Shown piece by piece: positions 1-8,394 of a stretch of DNA of 35,777 nucleotides (its first letter is position 1; every line of letters begins with the position of its first letter). The stretch covers positions 1 to 35,777 of the forward strand of contig JBFGYY010000001.1 of assembly GCA_041587095.1 (NCBI GenBank), read 5' to 3'. Position numbers and translations under genes: made by a program. This stretch comes from Motiliproteus sp. GTDB taxonomy: Bacteria > Pseudomonadota > Gammaproteobacteria > Pseudomonadales > Balneatricaceae. The notes under the pieces are model-generated. The model did not search any database and was not told the DNA's origin. It saw only the letters and a program-made list of their open reading frames with translations.

Positions 1-10
1 CCGAAGCGCC

Positions 11-222
11 TTATTCACACGTCGGTAATGGCCACTTACAACAGACCTGTGTTTGTCAACACAAACAACAACCTGGGCGACAAAAACAACATACCATTGA
101 TTTTAAAGGACTATTTTTATTGTGTCATTTTTTGAACGAAAACACCAAAGCGCGTAACGACGGGGGATGACGCGTGTTACCAAGAATGTACTCACAGAGT
201 TATGCACAGATTCTGTGGATCA
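11..222. promoter_or_regulatory. DnaA-box cluster (DARS-like element 1) with IHF-like and Fis-like sites
   Basis: TTATTCACA 11-19; IHF-like AATCAATGGTATG on the minus strand 90-102 (1 mismatch to WATCAANNNNTTR); Fis-like TGTCATTTTTTGAAC 123-137 (14/15 to GNTYAWWWWWTRANC); core GTACTCACA(188-196)-GAG-TTATGCACA(200-208)-GATTC-TGTGGATCA(214-222). Confidence 0.6.
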
Positions 223-335
223 AGCCAGTTTGTGCTTTATTACTCTGACCGCGGTAAATTGCAAGACTTAAATCGATGATCAGTGTCGAAAAAATGCAGG
301 TATACTTGCCGCTTCATCAACCATGAGATCCCAGC

Positions 336-812
336 ATGAAACTGTTGAGCATACTAGGCGTTGCGGTGATAGGAAGCCTGATCGCCGTGGTGATTTTGTT
401 TATTTTCAAAGCGATGGACTCCAAGCATGGCACCGCTCCCGGCTTGGTGGCCGAGCGCCTCGCGGCGTGCTCGACGAAACCCAATTGCGTGAACAGCGAG
501 GATTTCACTCCACCCGACAAACGCGTTGCACCGTTCCCGGTTACCGCCGCGCAACCTCAACAGGATTGGCAAAAGCTGCAGGTGAGTATCGAGGCTCAGG
601 GCGGAACACTGATCAAGGTGACCGACACCTATCTGGCGGCAACATTCACCAGCTCACTATTCGGCTTTGTCGATGATCTGGAAGCTCGTCTGGATGTCGA
701 TGAGGGCGTTATCCATATTCGCTCCGCCTCCCGGGTCGGGCAAAGCGACTTCAGCGCCAACCGCACCCGCGTGCAACAGTTACGCAGCCGGTTCAGCGCC
801 ACCAGCCCCTAA
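336..812 (+). CDS. DUF1499 family membrane-anchored protein
   Basis: N-terminal TM helix, CxxxPNCV.S motif, FTSxLFGFVDDLE, IHIRSASRVGxSDxxANRxRV. Confidence 0.88.
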   Translation: MKLLSILGVAVIGSLIAVVILFIFKAMDSKHGTAPGLVAERLAACSTKPNCVNSEDFTPPDKRVAPFPVTAAQPQQDWQKLQVSIEAQGGTLIKVTDTYLAATFTSSLFGFVDDLEARLDVDEGVIHIRSASRVGQSDFSANRTRVQQLRSRFSATSP

Positions 813-848
813 CCGCCGCCCCCCTCATTCAGGCCAAGGAACAGACCG

Positions 849-1271
849 ATGAGTAACGACAGACGCGCCGCCCTGCAACAGGAATGGCAGACCCTGCACA
901 ATAACTGCCAGCAGTCAGAGTCGCTCGGGCTGGTAATCAAGCTGGTAACGCTGCTGGTCTGCGTCGCCGGTCTGGTTTTCGCCCTGCATCCACTGCTGAT
1001 CACGCTGCTGATACTGATACTCTGGCTGCAGGAAGCGATCTGGAAGACTTTCCAGGGCCGTATTGAGCAGCGCTTACTCGCGATCGAGGCCGCCTATGGT
1101 GATGATGCCGAGAGACAATTACTCAACCTTTACAGCCACTGGCGTGATTCCCGGCCGGGCAGCGCCGCTCTGCTGAAAGAGTACCTGCGCAATGCGCTGC
1201 GGCCGACGGTCGCCTATCCCTATGTGTTGCTGTCGGGTGTCGTTTTAATCAGCCCCTGCCTGCTGAACTGA
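849..1271 (+). CDS. Hypothetical membrane protein (2-3 TM helices)
   Basis: AGGA RBS upstream, 140-aa ORF with a hydrophobic hairpin and C-terminal ALRPTVAYPY; follows DUF1499 on the same strand. Confidence 0.7.
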   Translation: MSNDRRAALQQEWQTLHNNCQQSESLGLVIKLVTLLVCVAGLVFALHPLLITLLILILWLQEAIWKTFQGRIEQRLLAIEAAYGDDAERQLLNLYSHWRDSRPGSAALLKEYLRNALRPTVAYPYVLLSGVVLISPCLLN

Positions 1272-1334
1272 TGCCGAAGGAGACTGATCCGCAACACCTG
1301 AATTGCTGATTTTGCATGAACGCCAGTCCGACTC

Positions 1335-2243
1335 TTAACTAACAGGCGCCATACCCATCAGCATCGCGGCGTTGTCGGCAGCATGGGTCTTCAGGTGCTG
1401 CCAGACCTTGTTGACGCGGGCGAGCTTCTTCTGCTCGGGGTGGACCGCAATCCAGAAAGTGCGCACCACGCGGGTCTGCTCGGGCAAAACCGCGATCAAC
1501 TCGGGGTCACGGCGAGCCAGAAAGCAGGGCAGCACCGCCAGCCCCAATCCTTCGCGCACGGCAATAGACTGCGTCACAACGCTGGTACTGCGAAACGTGG
1601 GCTGTGAATTGGGCAGCAAGCGCTCCAGATAGGAGAGCTGATCGCTGAATACCAGGTCATCCACATAGCCGATCAACGGGTGCGCGCAGATATCCGCGCT
1701 GCTGGTGATGGGCGCCGAACGCTGCAGATAAGCCCGCGAGGCATACATATTCAACTGGTAATCGCACAGTTTGGACACCACCAGCGAAGTGTTGGGGGGG
1801 CGCTCAATCGTGACCGCGATATCGACCTCGTGGTGCGTCCATTTCACAAAGCGCTGCAGGGGCAATAAGTCGATGGTGATTTTCGGATACTGCTGGCAGA
1901 AGCGCGCCAGCTCCGGAGCGATAAAATAGTTGCCAAAGGCTTCTGTCACGCCCAGCCGCACCTTGCCCTGATTCTCCAGGTTCTTGCCTTGCAGAATCTC
2001 GCTGGCCGCCTGTGCGCGCTGATTCATATCGCGCGCCGTTTGCAGCAGAAGCTGACCATGCTCGGTCAGGCTGTGCCCGTCGGTGCTGCGGTCAAACAGC
2101 TGGGTGGCGAGCTGGTCCTCCAGACGGTGCAGACGGCGCGACACCGTCGACGCGTCGATTCCCAGCTGCTTGGCCGCATCGGATAATTTTTCGGTGCGCG
2201 CCACTTCAAGAAAAATCTTCAGGTCGTCCCAGTTCATCCCCAT
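1335..2243 (-). CDS. LysR family transcriptional regulator (MmsR-like, divergent from mmsA)
   Basis: MNWDDLKIFLEVAR...LSDAAKQLGIDASTVSRRL HTH plus LysR substrate-binding domain; start at 2243 or 2237 rather than 2285. Confidence 0.93.
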   Translation of the reverse strand: MGMNWDDLKIFLEVARTEKLSDAAKQLGIDASTVSRRLHRLEDQLATQLFDRSTDGHSLTEHGQLLLQTARDMNQRAQAASEILQGKNLENQGKVRLGVTEAFGNYFIAPELARFCQQYPKITIDLLPLQRFVKWTHHEVDIAVTIERPPNTSLVVSKLCDYQLNMYASRAYLQRSAPITSSADICAHPLIGYVDDLVFSDQLSYLERLLPNSQPTFRSTSVVTQSIAVREGLGLAVLPCFLARRDPELIAVLPEQTRVVRTFWIAVHPEQKKLARVNKVWQHLKTHAADNAAMLMGMAPVS

Positions 2244-2351
2244 CACATGCCCCAGAATCAGCGTTGTAATTTTGCAAGGCTGCATTGCCTTCCTGCCGGT
2301 TGCCTAAACGATAACCGGTCACTATCCTCGATAGCCATCATATTCTATGTT

Positions 2352-2363
2352 TGCATTAATGCA
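2352..2363. promoter_or_regulatory. Palindrome in the LysR-mmsA intergenic region, possible operator
   Basis: Perfect palindrome TGCATTAATGCA; further TGCA motifs at about 2273-2284. Confidence 0.35.
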
Positions 2364-2407
2364 TTTAGTTATGCGGCATGACAATAACAACCGATAAGGA
2401 TGCGACG

Positions 2408-3907
2408 ATGAACATTCCCAATATACCGATGATTATTGATGGCAAGCCCGTTGCGAGCACCAGCGGCGTCTGGGTCGACGTGCTGAACCCCGCCACCCAG
2501 GACGTGGTTGCCAAGGTACCTTTTGCTACCCTCGAAGAGGTCGATACCGCCGTCGCCAGCGCCAAAGAGGCCTTCAAGAGCTGGCGCAAGGTGTCTGTGG
2601 CCAAGCGTCAGGCGATCATGCTGCGCTTCCAGCAGCTGGTGCGCGATAACACTCAGTAGCTGGCCGAGCTGATCAGCCTGGAACACGGCAAGACATTGCC
2701 CGATGCCGAAGGCGAAGTCGGTCGCGGCCTCGAAGCTATCGAGAATGCCTGCCTGATCACCAAGCTGCAACTGGGCGAAATTGCCGATAACGTCGCCGGC
2801 GACGTCAATGTCTACACCCTCAACAAGCCGCTGGGTGTCGGTGTCGGTATCACTGCGTTCAACTTCCCGATCATGCTGCCCTGTTTTATGTTCCCGGTTG
2901 CCATCGCCTGCGGTAACACCTTCGTTCTGAAGCCGTCCGAACAGGATCCCTCCTCAACCATGCGTCTGGTCGAGCTGGCCATGGAAGCCGGCGTACCGGC
3001 CGGCGTGCTGAACGTGGTTCACGGGGGGGCCGATGTGGCCAACCGCCTGGCCGAACATCCCGATATCAAGGCGCTGTCCTTTATCGGCTCCACCCATGTC
3101 GGCACCTCGCTGTACATGCGTGCCAGCAATACCGGCAAACGTGCCCAGTGCATGATGGGAGCCAAAAATCACGCGGTCATTATGCCCGACGCCAACAAGG
3201 ATCAGGCGATCGACCATATGCTGGGGTCCTGCTTCGGTGCCGCGGGTCAGCGCTGTATGGCGAACTCCGTTGTGATTCTGGTCGGCGAAGCCCGTGACTG
3301 GTTACCCGAGATGGTCGAAAAGGCCAAAAAGATGATCGTCGGACCCGGTAGCAACCGCGAAGCCGATCTGGGGCCGCTGGTTTCCCCCCAGGCCAAGAGC
3401 CGTGTTGAAGGCCTGATCGAAAGCGGCGTGCAGCAGGGTGCATCCTTGCTGCTGGACGGTCGCGGTGTAGAGGTCGAAGGTTATCCCAACGGTAACTTTG
3501 TCGGGCCGACACTGTTCTCCGATGTGACCACCGACATGGATATCTACAGCCAGGAAATTTTCGGCCCGGTCATGTGTGTCATGGGTGCCGAGGATCTGGA
3601 AAGCGCCACCGAGATTATCAACGCCAACGCCAACGGTAACGGCACGGCGATCTTTACCAGCTCTGGCTGGAGTGCACGCTGGTTTGAAAACAACGTCGAT
3701 GTCGGTCAGGTCGGTATCAACATCCCCATCGCCGTGCCTGTCGCATACTTCAGTTTCACCGGGTCGCGCGCCTCCAAGCTGGGCGATTTGGGGCCGAATG
3801 GCCAGCAGGTCGTGCAGTTCTGGACCCAGACCAAAACCGTCTCAGCACGCTGGTTTGAGCCGGGAACCACCTCAGACAAGGTGCACACCACCATTTCAAT
3901 GAAATAA
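2408..3907 (+). pseudogene. mmsA: CoA-acylating methylmalonate/malonate-semialdehyde dehydrogenase interrupted by one in-frame TAG (2657-2659)
   Basis: AAGGA RBS then ATG 2408; reads ...LVRDNTQ*LAELISLEHGKTLPDAEGEV... in one frame; ALDH motifs FNFP, LKPSE, MGAKNH, catalytic GQRCMA and EIFGPV are intact. Confidence 0.85.
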
Positions 3908-3916
3908 GCACCCGCG

Positions 3917-3958
3917 GCGAGCATCGCACCCCGATTCTGATCGGTTTGCGGTGCTCGC
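3917..3958 (+). terminator. Long GC-rich hairpin after mmsA (terminator or stabiliser)
   Basis: GCGAGCATCGCA..CCGAT-TCTG-ATCGG..TGCGGTGCTCGC; no clear U-tract. Confidence 0.5.
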
Positions 3959-4132
3959 ACCCGTTCGTTGAACCGCAACGCTCCGAAACTCAGTCACGCC
4001 CCTGTTCAACACTCTAACAACCAGTCAAATAATCTGATCATTCCGATCAAATATCTCCGATTTTTTTGCCAAACACCTCTATGTATCATGTTTTCATCGC
4101 TCGAAAACACTGACATTACAGAGGATTTAACC

Positions 4133-4582
4133 ATGAAAAACGCCCTGATCACCCGCCTGCTCAACACCGAAAACAGCCTGGCGGGTTTGGCCCTGCGCCT
4201 GCCCATCGGCATCACGTTTATCGCCCATGGCGCCCAGAAGCTGTTCGGCGCCTTCGGCGGTTACGGGCTGGAAGGTACCGGTCAATGGATGGCCTCTATC
4301 GGCCTCGAACCCGGCTACCTGATGGCCCTGATGGCCGGTAGCGCCGAATTTTTCGGTGGTATCGCACTGCTGATCGGCCTGCTGGTACGCCCCGCAGCAG
4401 CCATGCTGGCCATAACCATGCTGGTCGCGATCTTCAGCGTTCACATCGGCAACGGCTTGTTTATGAGCAACAACGGCTACGAGTTCGGCCTGGCGCTGCT
4501 GTCGGTAACGGTCGCGCTGGTTATCAGTGGCGCCGGCGCATTCTCGCTCGATCGCAAGCTCAATAACGCCGTAGTATCCTGA
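4133..4582 (+). CDS. DoxX family membrane protein
   Basis: GAGGA RBS then ATG 4133; LRxxxGxxFxAHGAQKLFG, AEFFGG, NNGYE, GAGxFSLD motifs. Confidence 0.92.
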   Translation: MKNALITRLLNTENSLAGLALRLPIGITFIAHGAQKLFGAFGGYGLEGTGQWMASIGLEPGYLMALMAGSAEFFGGIALLIGLLVRPAAAMLAITMLVAIFSVHIGNGLFMSNNGYEFGLALLSVTVALVISGAGAFSLDRKLNNAVVS

Positions 4583-4647
4583 TACCAACCGACGGGATAA
4601 TCACTGTCACGGGGAGGGCTCCCTCTCCCCCGAATGGAGGTCTGTAT

Positions 4648-5340
4648 ATGCTCACGCCAAGACCCAGCCACGCACGCGGTCATGCCGATTACGGCTGGCT
4701 GAAAACACAACACAGCTTTTCCTTCGCCAACTACTATGACCCCCGTCACATGGGGGTCTCGGTGCTGCGGGTCATCAACGAAGACTGGATACAAGCGGGC
4801 AAGGGGTTTGAGACGCACCCGCACCGGGACATGGAGATCATCAGCTACATCGTGCGCGGCAGTGTCGCACACCGCGACACCATGGGCAGCAACACCCGGC
4901 TTATGGCGGGAGAAGTCCAGGTCATGACAGCCGGAAGCGGCATTTTTCACAGCGAATTCAACCCCTCGGACAGCGAAGAACTGCATCTGTTGCAGATATG
5001 GATTACACCGGCACAGAAAGACCTCACGCCCTGTTACGCACAGAAAAACGTTGGCGATTCAGAAGGGCTCACACTGATCGTGTCGCCTGATGGACGGGAG
5101 GGGTCGCTGAAGATCCATCAGGATGCCAGCCTGTATCAGCTCAAACTGCATGAACAGGCGATCACCCACACGACCATGCCCGGGCGGCAATATTACCTGC
5201 AGGTTATCAAGGGAGCGTTGATTGTGAATGGCATACGCATGGATGCCGGGGACGGGGCCGGTCTGATCGACGAAGATTTTATCAATATTGCAACCCGCGA
5301 CCGGGTGGAGGCGCTGTTATTCGACCTGCCGGCAGAATGA
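4648..5340 (+). CDS. Pirin family protein (YhhW-like cupin)
   Basis: RGHADYGWLKTQHSFSFANYYDP, GFETHPHRDMEI, MTAGSGIFHSEFN, LLQIWI. Confidence 0.95.
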   Translation: MLTPRPSHARGHADYGWLKTQHSFSFANYYDPRHMGVSVLRVINEDWIQAGKGFETHPHRDMEIISYIVRGSVAHRDTMGSNTRLMAGEVQVMTAGSGIFHSEFNPSDSEELHLLQIWITPAQKDLTPCYAQKNVGDSEGLTLIVSPDGREGSLKIHQDASLYQLKLHEQAITHTTMPGRQYYLQVIKGALIVNGIRMDAGDGAGLIDEDFINIATRDRVEALLFDLPAE

Positions 5341-5407
5341 CCACCCATACCCCGGGTTAATGCGGCACTAATGGCGTTAGAAAGACGTCAGCCTGCCAGA
5401 TTTGCGC

Positions 5408-5614
5408 TCAGGCAACCTGCTGCGCCAACGCCAATTGTCGTGCAGAGGCGGCCTCCTGATGATGCCCCATACGCTGACGGGCAAAGCCGACGCATTTTCC
5501 GCACTCGGTGCCCAGGCCAGTGCAGCGGCTGAGTTTGCGCACTGAATCCGCACCGCTGGCCACACATTGTTCCAGCTTAGCGTCGGTAACCGCCTTACAT
5601 ACGCATACGTACAT
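5408..5614 (-). CDS. bfd: Bacterioferritin-associated ferredoxin [2Fe-2S]
   Basis: MYVCVCKAVTD...GLGTECGKC (CxC...CxxC); GAGGA RBS; close to the bfr genes. Confidence 0.93.
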   Translation of the reverse strand: MYVCVCKAVTDAKLEQCVASGADSVRKLSRCTGLGTECGKCVGFARQRMGHHQEAASARQLALAQQVA

Positions 5615-5658
5615 TGCGTGATCCTCTGTTCAATTTCACACAAACCAATGCTAACGCT

Positions 5659-5712
5659 ATCGAGAACGATTATCAACATCATTATCATTGCAAATGCGAT
5701 TTACTATCATTA
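5659..5712. promoter_or_regulatory. Overlapping Fur-box-like sites in the bfd/DUF2325 divergent promoter
   Basis: GAGAACGATTATCA, ATCATTATCATT and AATGCGATTTACTATCATT are GATAAT-hexamer arrays resembling GATAATGATAATCATTATC. Confidence 0.75.
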
Positions 5713-5770
5713 AGATGGTTACCACGCTTGGCATGCTGTCGGCGACCCGCGCTTATTTCGGAGGGAACCT

Positions 5771-7012
5771 ATGTGCGACTTATGTGAAAACGCAATCGAC
5801 AGGAAGACCCAGCCGGGATCGAGCCGCGTTAAGCTCTGGGATATGCCGCGTCACTATCACTGCCCGATCATCGGTACCTGCCTGAGCATGGGGGAGTTAA
5901 AAAAGATTCAGCGCAACAGCACCCTGACCCTGCCACCAAAACCCAGCGATCATCAACTCCACACCGGTATCGTCGGTCAGGCCGAGCACAACGGGGCTAT
6001 TTCACACCGCGTGCACAAATTACTGGATAAAAAATATCAACGCTGGGTGCGCAGCTATGGCCGGCTCACCACGCCCGAGACACAACGGGCATTCTGGCGC
6101 GATGCGTTACAGGCCGGCGATATCTCAGGCCCGTTCTGGGCGCTGCTCAGTCACCAGCATAGCTGCCGCCAGCTAACAGATAAGGCGCTGGGGGATGTGC
6201 ATATGCTGTCGCACCTGCAGGGCGCCTCCAACCGGGCCGACCTGCAACGCACCGCTTCACTGGCCGAGCAAGTCGAGGAACTGGAAAACCTGCTCGATGA
6301 ACAGCGGCTGCAATTCGAACAGAAAATGGCCCGTCAAGAGACACTGCTCGCCGCGCAAAAGAGCGCTCTGCAATCGATGCAGCAGCGCTTAACCCCCGCC
6401 ACGCCGCCGGAACAGCAACTCAGCCAAGAGCTGGCCGAAGAGCGTCAGAACAATAACACCCTGCGCCGGAAACAGGACTGGCTGGTATCTCAGCTGGCGC
6501 TGCGTGAGCAGCGACTCAACGAACTGGAATACGGTAACCAAGGCCTGCTCGAACAGCTGCGGGAAGTACAACAGGAACGCGATGCCATGGAACGTGGCCT
6601 GAACCAACTGCTGGCCAGCCAGTCACCCGAGGCGACTTGTCGTGACGATGAGGAGATCGACCTTGAGGGCAAGCGGCTCGCCTATATCGGCGGCCGCACC
6701 ACACTGTACCCGCATCTGAAAAGCTATGTTGAAACGCTCAACGGCGAGCTGGTTATTCACGACGGCGGCCAGGAGGACAACCGTGCGGACCTCTGCAGCA
6801 GTCTTTCCGCCGCCGATCTGGTGTTTTGCCCTGTGGACTGCGTCAGCCACGATGCCTGCTTGCGGGTAAAAAAATTCTGTAAACAACATCAAAAAACCTT
6901 CGTACTGTTGCGCAGCGCCAGTCTGTCTGCCTTTTCAACAGGACTGCGCACCCTGCAAGAAACCGGCGATACCCCTCCTTCGGATTCGGCGCTGCTGGCG
7001 ACCCTGCAATAA
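5771..7012 (+). CDS. DUF2325 domain protein with Cys/His-rich N-terminal domain and central coiled coil
   Basis: GGAGG RBS; N-terminal CDLC, KLW, HYHCPIIGTC, DVHMLSH; Q/E/L-rich coiled coil; C-terminal YIGGR...HDGG.E...ADLVFCPVDCVSHDACxxVKxxC typical of DUF2325. Confidence 0.82.
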   Translation: MCDLCENAIDRKTQPGSSRVKLWDMPRHYHCPIIGTCLSMGELKKIQRNSTLTLPPKPSDHQLHTGIVGQAEHNGAISHRVHKLLDKKYQRWVRSYGRLTTPETQRAFWRDALQAGDISGPFWALLSHQHSCRQLTDKALGDVHMLSHLQGASNRADLQRTASLAEQVEELENLLDEQRLQFEQKMARQETLLAAQKSALQSMQQRLTPATPPEQQLSQELAEERQNNNTLRRKQDWLVSQLALREQRLNELEYGNQGLLEQLREVQQERDAMERGLNQLLASQSPEATCRDDEEIDLEGKRLAYIGGRTTLYPHLKSYVETLNGELVIHDGGQEDNRADLCSSLSAADLVFCPVDCVSHDACLRVKKFCKQHQKTFVLLRSASLSAFSTGLRTLQETGDTPPSDSALLATLQ

Positions 7013-7042
7013 TTGGCAGCCGTTCCGGGCTGCGACTACACT
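7013..7042 (+). promoter_or_regulatory. Putative sigma70/RpoS-type promoter for the bfr genes
   Basis: TTGGCA(7013-7018)-18 bp-TACACT(7037-7042) with a C at -13 (CTACACT); overlaps the hairpin GCAGCC-GTTCCG-GGCTGC. Confidence 0.45.
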
Positions 7043-7079
7043 GTTTCGAGCACTGATCAACAGAACGAAAGGAGATCAT

Positions 7080-7556
7080 ATGCAGGGGCAAAGCGAAATC
7101 ATCAAGCAACTCAACCAGATATTGTGTTGGGAGCTGACATCCATCAATCAGTATTTTCTGCATGCACGGATGTTCCGCAACTGGGGGCTGCCGGCGCTCA
7201 ACGAGCACGCCTATAAAAAATCGATCAAGGATATGAAACAGGCCGACGTGCTTATCGAGCGGATTCTGTTTCTCAACGGGCTGCCCAATCTGCAGAATCT
7301 GGACCGCCTGCGCATTGGCGAGCATTGTGCCGAAATGCTCGATTGCGACCTGTCACTGGAACTGGAGCAACTGAGTGCGCTGCGCCAGGCCATTGCCGCG
7401 TGCGAATCGCTTCAGGACTACGTCAGCCGGGATATGCTGGAAAAGATCCTCGAGGAGGAAGAAGAGCACGTTGACTGGATCGAGACCCAGCAATATCTGA
7501 TCCTCAACACCGGCATTGAAAATTACCTGCAGGCACAGATGGGCGAAGGAGGCTGA
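7080..7556 (+). CDS. bfr: Bacterioferritin, heme-binding subunit with degenerate ferroxidase centre
   Basis: ELTSINQYFLHARM..WG, ERILFL.GLPNLQ; Met52 retained, E51 replaced by D and H54 by Q. Confidence 0.93.
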   Translation: MQGQSEIIKQLNQILCWELTSINQYFLHARMFRNWGLPALNEHAYKKSIKDMKQADVLIERILFLNGLPNLQNLDRLRIGEHCAEMLDCDLSLELEQLSALRQAIAACESLQDYVSRDMLEKILEEEEEHVDWIETQQYLILNTGIENYLQAQMGEGG

Positions 7557-7557
7557 T

Positions 7558-8025
7558 ATGAAAGGCAATAAGAAGATTATTACCGCACTCAACCGATTGC
7601 TGGCCAATGAATTAACAGCCATGGATCAGTATTTCATCCACGCCGAGATGTATCGCGACTGGGGTTTGTCCGAGCTGCATGAACGGATTGCCCACGAATT
7701 CGAGGATGAGAAAGGCCACGCCTCCAAGCTGATCGAACGCATCCTGTTTCTTGAAGGCCGGCCCGACATGGTCACGCGCGATCCGATTCGGGTCGGCAAA
7801 GACGTGCCAGAGATGCTGAAAAACGATCTGGCGGTGGAATACGCCGTGGGGGCAGAGCTCAAGAAAGTGATCGCGCTGTGCGAAAAAGAGGCCGATTATC
7901 AAACTCGCAGCATACTTCAGACCCTGCTCACCGACACCGAGGAAGACCACACTTTCTGGCTCGAGCAGCAACTGGGGCTGATCGACAAAATCGGCCTGGC
8001 CAATTATCTGCAAGCCAAAATGTAG
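7558..8025 (+). CDS. bfr: Bacterioferritin, ferroxidase subunit without heme Met (BfrA/FtnA-type)
   Basis: ATG 7558 right after the upstream TGA; MKGNKKII..ELTAMDQYFIH, EDEKGH (E51 and H54 retained, M52 replaced by K), TEEDH. Confidence 0.93.
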   Translation: MKGNKKIITALNRLLANELTAMDQYFIHAEMYRDWGLSELHERIAHEFEDEKGHASKLIERILFLEGRPDMVTRDPIRVGKDVPEMLKNDLAVEYAVGAELKKVIALCEKEADYQTRSILQTLLTDTEEDHTFWLEQQLGLIDKIGLANYLQAKM

Positions 8026-8320
8026 GCCTCTGAGCCCATATCCTTGTTACCGTCAGGCGGCGAAATGACCAACCGACCCAAGGAAGGGTCAACCTTGTTC
8101 CCTCCCCCGCGATAACGCCGGCATTCGCGACAATCACCTGTACATAGCAAGTCGCGAAGCCCATCAACCCCTGTGTTGTTTAAGGCCATATCCTACCCGG
8201 GTACAGGTCTTTCCGACTCAAGCCATGCACGTCATCTCTCCCTCAAAAAGCTGCAGCGCTGCCACGCAGCTGTCTGTCGCACCTGAAAAGAACAAACGGA
8301 CCTCTTACAATCCAAATAGA

Positions 8321-8337
8321 AATTGGTATTACCAAAA
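8321..8337. promoter_or_regulatory. LldR/PdhR (FadR-subfamily GntR) operator, distal
   Basis: AATTGGTATTACCAAAA, close to the consensus AATTGGTnnnACCAATT. Confidence 0.75.
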
Positions 8338-8394
8338 TACATAACTGCTTAATAAGACTAAAAAAGGCCTTGGAATACGCAAAAAACAACCATC

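Noticed and set aside
1-310. oriC
   Set aside because: Few boxes, no evident AT-rich unwinding repeats and no dnaA/gidA neighbours in view, and a near-identical core recurs at 14.2 kb. It cannot be fully excluded because the region is at the window edge.
2657-2659. Pyrrolysine or genome-wide TAG recoding
   Set aside because: No pyl genes are visible, TAG ends other genes here (8025, 20362), and the position is non-catalytic.
3968-4132. Upstream ORF extensions (doxX from 3968; likewise lldP 8441, bfr 7516, livG 22881, padD 30208, padG 32167)
   Set aside because: Downstream starts have better RBSs or family-typical N-termini, and the extensions overlap promoters or neighbouring genes.
8026-8320. 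Possible sRNA or small ORF between bfr and lldP
   Set aside because: Only short scattered inverted repeats; no convincing promoter-terminator pair or coding signal.
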